Below are positions 56,896 to 64,000 of a stretch of DNA of 64,000 nt, in pieces. The DNA is from an uncultured Eubacteriales bacterium (GTDB lineage Bacteria > Bacillota > Clostridia > Oscillospirales > Acutalibacteraceae). The position numbers were made by a program, and so were the translations under genes. How positions within the stretch are numbered: the stretch's first letter is position 1; each line of letters begins with the position of its first letter. The notes under the pieces were generated by a model. The model worked only from the letters and a program-made list of their open reading frames with translations. It ran no database searches and was not told the origin of the DNA. The stretch lies in the NCBI GenBank assembly GCA_964369415.1, contig CAYJFP010000003.1:31782-95781 (forward strand), read 5' to 3'.

Positions 56896-58602
56896 ATGGA
56901 TACCACATTTTATATAATTTCTGCTATGGTGCTTTGTGCACACTCATTTTTAAATTTTTTATTATGTAGCCGTTTAAGTAATGAAATGAGATTTAAGAAA
57001 ATTTCAATTTTATTTGCATGTATTGTTAACGGACTTTTATCTCCGTTTCTTCTAGCCACTCACTTTTCTAATCCTATTTTTTTCTATCTAATTTACTCAA
57101 GTCTTTTAATAATGGAGCTGTTTATTTTATTTAAAGGGCGGCTAACTGCAATAATCGGTATTGCAACGGGTTCACTGCTTCACTTATTTGTTTTAAGGGC
57201 GTTAATATTGGCAATTTTTGCTCTTATGAATAATACATCTATGTATCAAATCTCTATCGATACTGAACTTCTTACACTTATAAACATTTATTCCTTTGCT
57301 GCACAGCTTGTAACCTTAACAATGTTTATAACCTTAATCCCTCTTAAAATTCTTTTAAAAGTCATGTCTAACAAAAGCTTTTATACTGGACTTTTGGCTT
57401 TGGCATGTTTTCTTAATGTGTATTTAGTTTATAATTCTTTTATTTTCTTTGTGGATTATTATTCAGTGAATTTAATTGTACAAGAAATTGTAATTTCCCT
57501 ATTAACATTAAGCTTTTTTTACATCATGATGCTTCTTTTAATCAAAATTTTTAACCTTGATATATATAAAGAAAAAAACAAAGAACTTGAAGGACAAATT
57601 GACAAGGACAAAACTCTTACATCTGTAGTTTTTAATTTTGCTGAAATTATTTTCGAAGGAAACTGCACTAAAGATAAGATAACTAGGCTTTTGATAAATT
57701 CTACCGAAAGGCCTACAAACCATATAAACAGCCTTACTGAACTTCTTAAATCTCAAGTAGAAAACACCGTGCATCCTGATGATAAATACATTATTCTAGG
57801 CATTAACTCTGCTTCTATGATTTCTGATTTTGAAAATGGTAACACCGAGAGTATTTATGAATATCGAGCTAAAAAAATTGTTTCTTCTCCTGAAAATGCT
57901 GGCATTATAGTTAAAGAAGATGGCTTTTTATGGTACAGAATGCGCATAAACTTGAGTAAAAATGCAACTACATCCGACATAATTGCATTGTTTACAGTAG
58001 ATGAAATTGATGATGAGAAACAACTTGAACTTAAACTTAGAGAAAAAGCCGAAAGAGATCCTTTAACAGGCGCTTATAACAAAGAAACTTTTTCTTCAAA
58101 GGTAAACGACCTCTTAAAAGAAGGCATGGATGGCACTTTATATATGTTTGACCTTGATAATTTTAAAGGTATTAACGATAATATGGGGCATTCAGCTGGA
58201 GACGATGTACTTCGTGAAGTTTACGAAAAAGCAAGCTCTATATTTAGATCTCACGATTTAGTCGGCCGTGTTGGCGGAGATGAGTTTGTAGTATTTTTGC
58301 TTGGAAATACTAAAGAATCTTCAATTATCAAAAAAGCTACGCAAATATGTGAATCAATAAATAAGACATATTATGCCCAAAATGGTGTTAATATTGAGAT
58401 TTCAAGCAGTGTTGGAATCAGCGTAGCACCTAAAGATGGCAACGATTTTGAAACTTTGTTTAACGCTGCGGACCTTTCCATGTATCATTCAAAGAACAGC
58501 GGCAAAAACACCTATACAATTTATGATGTTAGCATTTCTTCAGGTTTTAAGCCACAAGAAAAAGAAGACTATATGAGAATTAGAAATCAACAAAATGATT
58601 AA
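56896..58602 (+). CDS. membrane-bound diguanylate cyclase (multi-TM sensor + GGDEF)
   Basis: About 6-7 N-terminal TM helices. DPLTGAYNK, FDLDNFKGINDNMGHSAGD, I-site RSHD, A-site RVGGDEFVVFL. Confidence 0.9.
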   Translation: MDTTFYIISAMVLCAHSFLNFLLCSRLSNEMRFKKISILFACIVNGLLSPFLLATHFSNPIFFYLIYSSLLIMELFILFKGRLTAIIGIATGSLLHLFVLRALILAIFALMNNTSMYQISIDTELLTLINIYSFAAQLVTLTMFITLIPLKILLKVMSNKSFYTGLLALACFLNVYLVYNSFIFFVDYYSVNLIVQEIVISLLTLSFFYIMMLLLIKIFNLDIYKEKNKELEGQIDKDKTLTSVVFNFAEIIFEGNCTKDKITRLLINSTERPTNHINSLTELLKSQVENTVHPDDKYIILGINSASMISDFENGNTESIYEYRAKKIVSSPENAGIIVKEDGFLWYRMRINLSKNATTSDIIALFTVDEIDDEKQLELKLREKAERDPLTGAYNKETFSSKVNDLLKEGMDGTLYMFDLDNFKGINDNMGHSAGDDVLREVYEKASSIFRSHDLVGRVGGDEFVVFLLGNTKESSIIKKATQICESINKTYYAQNGVNIEISSSVGISVAPKDGNDFETLFNAADLSMYHSKNSGKNTYTIYDVSISSGFKPQEKEDYMRIRNQQND

Positions 58603-58641
58603 CAGTTCTAATTTTGCTATAGCTCATACAATGTAACTAAA

Positions 58642-58691
58642 ATAACCCTTTCGCCATAAGATGTAAGAGCAACTTATGATGAAAGGGTTAT
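58642..58691 (+). other. long interrupted hairpin whose 3' arm contains the ytaF Shine-Dalgarno sequence
   Basis: ATAACCCTTTC/GAAAGGGTTAT (11 bp) plus inner CATAAG/CTTATG (6 bp). GAAAGGG lies 8 nt before ATG 58696. Confidence 0.55.
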
Positions 58692-58695
58692 CTTT

Positions 58696-59292
58696 ATGCT
58701 TTTTACTATACTTGCTACCGCTGTAGCCGTCAGTCTTGATGGACTGAGTGTCGGATTTGCCTATGGAGCCTCTAAAATTAAAATCCCTATAAAATCACTT
58801 TTGTTTCTCTGTCTTATCCCAACTGTTTTATGCTATTTTACAATGAATTTTTCTTATTTAATTAAAGATTTTCTAGACGAAACTTTTATAAAATATTTTG
58901 GATTTAGTGCAATGCTTTTGCTTTCACTTTTTTCATTTCGGCAATACATACTATCAAAAAAAGAGAGTAAACCTTCCTATAAAGCCGGTATCAGCGACAT
59001 ACTAGCTCATCCTGATTTAGCTGATAAAGACAAGGACAAAATGATTGATTTAAATATAAGCGAAGGAATTATACTAGGCCTTGCTCTAAGTATCGACGCA
59101 CTTGCTGGAAGTGCTGTACTGGCATTTTTAGGAGCTGATTATATAATCAGCTCACTAGCCATAGGTATTTCAAACTTAATTTTCATAAGCACTGGGAATT
59201 TATTGGGTAAAAAAATCAAGAAAAGTTTTATTAATTTTAGGCTTGTCCCTGTATTTATATTTTTAATCCTTGCTCTTTTAAGATTTTTTTAA
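58696..59292 (+). CDS. ytaF: YtaF/MntP-like (DUF204) membrane protein
   Basis: AVAVSLDGLSVGFAYG N-terminal repeat and SIDALAGSAVLAF second repeat. Confidence 0.7.
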   Translation: MLFTILATAVAVSLDGLSVGFAYGASKIKIPIKSLLFLCLIPTVLCYFTMNFSYLIKDFLDETFIKYFGFSAMLLLSLFSFRQYILSKKESKPSYKAGISDILAHPDLADKDKDKMIDLNISEGIILGLALSIDALAGSAVLAFLGADYIISSLAIGISNLIFISTGNLLGKKIKKSFINFRLVPVFIFLILALLRFF

Positions 59293-61670
59293 TCTACTTC
59301 ATTATTTTCTGATTCAGCTTCTAATTTTAACTCTTCATTTTGATTTTCGCTTACTTTAGTATTTCCTTTTTTGTGCCACATAGTGAATACCGGTGCCGCA
59401 ACAAAAAGTGACGAATAACAGCCGCTTATAACGCCTATTGCCATCGGAAGTGCAAAAGAGCTAACTGTATCAAGCCCGTAAATACTTGAAACTACAAATA
59501 CCGCTAAAAGTGCAATAAGTGTTGTAACCGAGGTTAAAACCGAACGCTCCAAGGTTTGATTTAAGCTAGTGTTCATCGTGCTAATCATGTCCTTTTTGCC
59601 TTTTGACAAGGCATTGTTTTCACGGATTCTATCGTAAATAACTATCGTGTCGTTGAGTGAATATCCAAGTATCGTAAGGACTACCGCTATGAAAATTTCG
59701 TTTATTCCCATGCCGAAAATAATAAACACAAAATAGATTATCAATACGTCGTGGACAAGTGCAAGTATCGCCGTAAGTCCAGCCTTTGCCCCACCGATTT
59801 TTTTAAATCTCATGGCTATGTAGGCTAAAAGTAATAGAACGGTTATCCCAAAGCATGCGATAGATTTTTGTAAGAATTGTGCACCCATTGCAGGGTCAAC
59901 TGAGTTTGACTCAGCCAAGGTAAAACCTTTATCCCCATATTCTTCATTAAGCCTATCAAGAAGCGCCTTTTGTGTATCTGGAGTTATCGCTTCATTCCCT
60001 GAAAATGATACTGTGACTTGGTGCTGATTTGTCGCCATCAGTACTCCTGAATTTATCTCGGCTTCTCGTCCTGTAACTTCTTCTACTAAACTTGCGATTT
60101 CATCTTCATCTACGCTGTCATTCACAGAATACGTTATGACTGCACCACCCGCAAACTGAATGTCAAGTTTTGCTCCGAAAACCACGTTAAATACTACTCC
60201 AACAAGCAAGACTGATGCCGATATTCCAAAAAATATCTTTCTGTTTTTGTAAAAATCAACGGTAAGTTTCTTGCTTTTTTCCTTATATCCGAATAAAGAT
60301 TTTTTTCTAAACGCTTTGAAACTTGTAAGTGATTTTATCATCATTCTTGACGCAAAAACCGCCATTATAAAGTTTCCGATAACACCGACTAACAATGTAA
60401 ATCCGAAAGAATAAATCGCACCTGTAGTAGATTCGCCAAATATAGCCGATAAAATATTGCCAGGACCAAAAACGCCTATCAGCATAATCGAAACTATAAT
60501 TATCGTGATATTTCCATCGACAACCGCAGAAAAACTGTTTTTACAGCCGTTATAAATCGCACCGTCAAGAGTTTTTCCGGCGTATAATTCTTCTTTAATT
60601 CTACTGGCGGCAATTATGTTGGCATCCACGCCTATTCCCACTGAGAGTATAATACCCGCAATGCCGGGAAGTGTGAGTGTAAAGCTGTTAAACGCTGGAA
60701 AAAATCCTGAAATAGCCGCAAATGTAAGACCAATTTGTCCCGCTATTGTTATTACAGAAACCACACCTGGCAATCTGAATTTAAAAATCATAAATGCGGC
60801 AACCAAGGCAAAAGCTATGACTCCCGCTATTTGCATCGCTTCAAGAGATTGAAGTCCAAGCGTCGGATTTATCGTTCTGATATTTGTAGTTTCAAGTGCA
60901 AAAGGCAGTGCGCCACCTTGTATTTTATTTGCAAGGTCTGTTGCAGTTTCGGCATCAAAACTTCCTGTAATCTGCGCCTTTCCGTCCGCTATAACGGAAT
61001 TTACCGTCGGGTATGAAATCATCACATCGTCCATCCAAATTGAGATTATTTGCCCGACATTTTCTTCAGTAGCATTTTTAAATTTTTCGACTCCGTCTTC
61101 ATTCATCGTAAGCGAAACGCCGTATTCTGTAGCACCTGTCTCGTCCTGATACACGCTTGCCTGTGCACTTTCTATATCCGAGCCATCAAGATAAATCGTA
61201 TCTTTTGTTTCTCCCGTAGGAGTCGTATACACCGTTTCACCGTTTTCATCGGTGTAATAGCTTTCAAACTCCATGCCTTTTCTAAAGGTAAGCTGAGCCG
61301 TTGCGGCGAGTTCATTCACCGCTTCTTCTGGATTAAAATCGGCTTCGTCACTCTTCCATGGAAACCTGACTATTATCCTATTGTTGTTAGAATCCGTGTA
61401 TAATTCATAGTCCGTTATGTTAGACGAAACCATTCTAAGCTCTATTATCGCCTTAGCAGCTTCTAGCTCTTCATTATCGGCTATCATTCCGTCCATAGGA
61501 CTAAACGTTGCCTCGACTCCACCTCTAATGTCTATTCCCCATCTGATATCACCAGCACCTTTTATTAAGATTGTTCCATCTGGCGTTTTAATTCCAAATA
61601 CAGATAGGTATGAGATTAAAAGTATTAGTATTGTTAAAATAAAAAATATCGGTTTTTTGACTTTGTTCAT
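59289..61670 (-). CDS. secDF: fused protein-export membrane protein SecDF
   Basis: SecD-type WGIDIRGGVEA, large ectodomain and 6 TM, followed by SecF-type DIQFAGGAV and 6 TM. Confidence 0.92.
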   Translation of the reverse strand: MNKVKKPIFFILTILILLISYLSVFGIKTPDGTILIKGAGDIRWGIDIRGGVEATFSPMDGMIADNEELEAAKAIIELRMVSSNITDYELYTDSNNNRIIVRFPWKSDEADFNPEEAVNELAATAQLTFRKGMEFESYYTDENGETVYTTPTGETKDTIYLDGSDIESAQASVYQDETGATEYGVSLTMNEDGVEKFKNATEENVGQIISIWMDDVMISYPTVNSVIADGKAQITGSFDAETATDLANKIQGGALPFALETTNIRTINPTLGLQSLEAMQIAGVIAFALVAAFMIFKFRLPGVVSVITIAGQIGLTFAAISGFFPAFNSFTLTLPGIAGIILSVGIGVDANIIAASRIKEELYAGKTLDGAIYNGCKNSFSAVVDGNITIIIVSIMLIGVFGPGNILSAIFGESTTGAIYSFGFTLLVGVIGNFIMAVFASRMMIKSLTSFKAFRKKSLFGYKEKSKKLTVDFYKNRKIFFGISASVLLVGVVFNVVFGAKLDIQFAGGAVITYSVNDSVDEDEIASLVEEVTGREAEINSGVLMATNQHQVTVSFSGNEAITPDTQKALLDRLNEEYGDKGFTLAESNSVDPAMGAQFLQKSIACFGITVLLLLAYIAMRFKKIGGAKAGLTAILALVHDVLIIYFVFIIFGMGINEIFIAVVLTILGYSLNDTIVIYDRIRENNALSKGKKDMISTMNTSLNQTLERSVLTSVTTLIALLAVFVVSSIYGLDTVSSFALPMAIGVISGCYSSLFVAAPVFTMWHKKGNTKVSENQNEELKLEAESENNEVD

Positions 61671-61899
61671 TTTTGCACTCCATTCCCATTATTTTGTTCA
61701 AAATGTAAATTTATTATATCACAAACTACTTTTCAAGTCCAACCTTTATAAAAAATTAACATATAAACTATGCTAATTTTACACTTAGCTATTTACTTTT
61801 CCTATTTTATATTCTATAATTACACGGTGTAACGATTATTCAATTAGGATTTATATTGCTTCACAAGGTGAAGCGTTTTTTGCTGAAAGGAATTTGAAA

Positions 61900-63135
61900 A
61901 TGAGCCATCCAGATAATTTATGTATTGATTTAGATTTTGATGTATTTACTTATGATAAATTTAAATCTGATATAGAGATAAAAAATATTAATAAAATTTG
62001 CATGACAGAAGTTATCAACGCCGACATGATGATAGCTACTTTTGGTGAAGAATTATACGCCAAGAGCTGCAAAGAGGTTTTAAGCGAAGGAAAATCTCAA
62101 ATAAAGGCCCTCGGCCTTGACAAATGCATTATCTACTATATGCATAATTATAAAAATTTTATTGTTGCTGGAACAGAGGAGATTAGCGACGAGGATTTTG
62201 AAAAAATAATGCGAATGTCTTATGAGCAGTACGAGCATTCTACTTCTATGCAAACAGAAATAAGCGGTATTTCAAGATTTGTCCTTGTTTTTGGCAAAGA
62301 AAATATAATAGATAGGGCTAAAAGTGCATTTTATCTTAACAGAAAATCTCAAAACAATTACATAATTGCTTCTAATGAAAAGGCAGTACTTGCCGAAGAA
62401 ACTAACCAAAGTGTAAAAACACTAGAGCTTATTAATTATGCCATAAATAATGATGCTGTTGTTCCATTTTATCAAGGTATTTACAATAACGAATTAAAAA
62501 GAATAGATAGATACGAAGCACTTATTCGCCTTTATGATTCAGAAGGTAAGATTTATTTCCCTGGTTCATTTTTAGATGTAGCTAAAAAATTTAAAATGTA
62601 TAACACACTTAGTAAATGTGTTATAGATAAAGCTTTGAGTGATTTTGAAAATAAATCTTATAGCTTATCTATAAATATTTCTTTATACGATGTTGAAAAT
62701 GCCGATTTTGCCTCTTGGTTTATTGATAGACTAAAAAATTATTCAGACCCCCAAAAAATTATTATAGAATTTGTCGAAACAGAAAATTATAATCATGGAA
62801 AACTCTTATATAATTTTTTAAACACCGTGCGTGATATTGGGTGCAAAATTGCTGTCGATGATTTTGGCGTTGGATTTGCAACTTATACATCAATAATCTC
62901 ACTAAAACCTGATATAATTAAAATAGACGGAAACATCATAAAAGATTTAACTGTAAGTAAAGATTGCCTGACAATACTTGATTCAATTTGCTATATGGCA
63001 AGACTGATTGATTCTAAAGTAGTGGCAGAATTTGTCGAAAATTCAGAAATTCAAGATATACTCATTCATCATAATGTTACATATTCACAAGGGTATTATT
63101 TTTCAAAACCACTTCCCTTAAATGAAATTTCTTAA
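61900..63135 (+). CDS. EAL-domain c-di-GMP phosphodiesterase with an uncharacterised N-terminal domain of about 170 aa
   Basis: YEALIRL, SINISL, EFVETE, AVDDFGVGFA, KIDG, VAEFVEN, QGYYFSKP: all catalytic EAL signatures are present. Confidence 0.88.
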   Translation: MSHPDNLCIDLDFDVFTYDKFKSDIEIKNINKICMTEVINADMMIATFGEELYAKSCKEVLSEGKSQIKALGLDKCIIYYMHNYKNFIVAGTEEISDEDFEKIMRMSYEQYEHSTSMQTEISGISRFVLVFGKENIIDRAKSAFYLNRKSQNNYIIASNEKAVLAEETNQSVKTLELINYAINNDAVVPFYQGIYNNELKRIDRYEALIRLYDSEGKIYFPGSFLDVAKKFKMYNTLSKCVIDKALSDFENKSYSLSINISLYDVENADFASWFIDRLKNYSDPQKIIIEFVETENYNHGKLLYNFLNTVRDIGCKIAVDDFGVGFATYTSIISLKPDIIKIDGNIIKDLTVSKDCLTILDSICYMARLIDSKVVAEFVENSEIQDILIHHNVTYSQGYYFSKPLPLNEIS

Positions 63136-63150
63136 AATTTATTAACTTAT

Positions 63151-63184
63151 AAAAAAAACCGCTGTAATTTTACAGCGGTTTTAA
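63151..63184. terminator. bidirectional terminator between the EAL gene and ptsI
   Basis: 10-bp stem AACCGCTGTA/TACAGCGGTT flanked by an A8 run and TT. Confidence 0.75.
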
Positions 63185-63185
63185 T

Positions 63186-64000
63186 TTAATTCAAATTTGA
63201 TATATCAGTGGATATTATTTTCTCTTTCAGCTTAAGAAGCGCTGTCGGCGCTACCGAAAATTCTCTGATTCCCATTTTAAGAAATTTATCTGTAAGAGCT
63301 AAATCTGTGCCAAGTTCTCCGCACATACTAACTTTTATCTTCTTCTTTTTGGCGTTTTTAACAGTAATACTTATTAATTCAAGAACTGCCCTATGCTGTG
63401 AATCATGATACGGATACCTATGGTAAAGTTCCTCGGACAAACCTTCTGTAAGTTGGGTTAAATCATTGGTGCCTATACTGAAAAAATCTGCATACTCTGC
63501 AAGTTTATCGCTTATTAGTGCTGCCGACGGCGTCTCTATCATTACCCCTATTTCAGTATTAGGATCAAAGTCTGTTCCCTCTGCCTTAAGTTCGTTTTTC
63601 ACTTCCTCACATAAGCTTTTAGCATCAATTAATTCTTCTAAAAAGCTTACCATCGGGAAAAGTATAGATATTTTACCAAAAGCTGTAGCCCTATAAATAG
63701 CCCTTAATTGCGCCTTAAAAATCTTAATGTTATACAACATAAACCTAAGTCCACGAATTCCAAATTCATGATGCATACCAATTAAACCATCGCAACTTGC
63801 GTCTACTTTATCTGCTCCAAAATCCAGCGTTCTTATCACCATTCTCTTGCCCTTCAATTTAGATACGGCTTCTTTATATACCTCAAACTGCTCATTTTCA
63901 GCGGGTATCCTACCTTTGCCTAAAAACAAAAATTCACTTCTAAAAAGCCCTATACCCTGTGCATCATTTTGAAAAGCAAAATCTAAATCATCAAGATTTC
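63186..64000 (-). CDS. ptsI: phosphoenolpyruvate-protein phosphotransferase (PTS enzyme I), C-terminal part; the gene continues past the window edge
   Basis: GIGLFRSEFLFL, RTLDFGADK, IGTNDLTQ, CGELG. The reading frame stays open to position 64000. Confidence 0.92.
   Translation of the reverse strand, partial: NLDDLDFAFQNDAQGIGLFRSEFLFLGKGRIPAENEQFEVYKEAVSKLKGKRMVIRTLDFGADKVDASCDGLIGMHHEFGIRGLRFMLYNIKIFKAQLRAIYRATAFGKISILFPMVSFLEELIDAKSLCEEVKNELKAEGTDFDPNTEIGVMIETPSAALISDKLAEYADFFSIGTNDLTQLTEGLSEELYHRYPYHDSQHRAVLELISITVKNAKKKKIKVSMCGELGTDLALTDKFLKMGIREFSVAPTALLKLKEKIISTDISNLN

Noticed and set aside
58603-58695. yybP-ykoY Mn2+ riboswitch upstream of the MntP/YtaF-like gene.
   Set aside because: The intergenic region is only about 93 nt. 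It folds into a single hairpin and lacks the four-way-junction-like architecture and conserved loops of that riboswitch class.

Overview
This is a 64-kb chromosomal segment from a low-GC, anaerobic, endospore-forming Firmicute. It looks Clostridia-like: ypeB, ytaF, desulfoferrodoxin, a HydABC-type [FeFe]-hydrogenase and an anaerobic sulfatase-maturase homologue are all present. About 62 densely packed protein genes are supported. I found no rRNA, tRNA, CRISPR array, transposase, integrase or phage genes. Most of the window is housekeeping: guaB, ruvC-ruvA-ruvB, glmM, ecfA1-ecfA2-ecfT-truA, cvpA, a ClpC-like unfoldase, cca, cysK, secDF, the 3' part of ptsI, a GH36 alpha-galactosidase, and a hydrogenase operon preceded by a Rex box. 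The stand-out region is 1.6-9.3 kb. It holds two tandem paralogous SARP-type regulators (wHTH + BTAD), each with a C-terminal degenerate GGDEF domain that keeps the RxxD I-site, so they are predicted c-di-GMP receptors. The divergent intergenic region carries three TACATTT heptamers phased at exactly 11 bp over the regulators' promoter. Next to it is a tightly packed operon encoding a transglutaminase-like lipoprotein, a GspF/PilC platform protein, four small N-terminally anchored proteins with only degenerate prepilin-like signals, and a PilT-type ATPase as the only motor. No PilB/GspE, prepilin peptidase, canonical pilin or PilMNO is present. I propose this as a candidate undescribed c-di-GMP-wired type IV filament-like system. 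Secondary observations: (1) the HydA H-cluster L1 motif reads TSCSPGW instead of TSCCPxW; (2) a split HPr pair, one copy with His15 only and the other with Ser46 only; (3) an orphan anSME; (4) a ClpX-like zinc ribbon on a double-ring Clp ATPase; (5) a T9 tract in the promoter spacer of a diguanylate cyclase; (6) several operator-like palindromes and unusually long hairpins. All calls come from reading motifs in the supplied translations and DNA. No database search was run, and DUF or family names are recalled resemblances.
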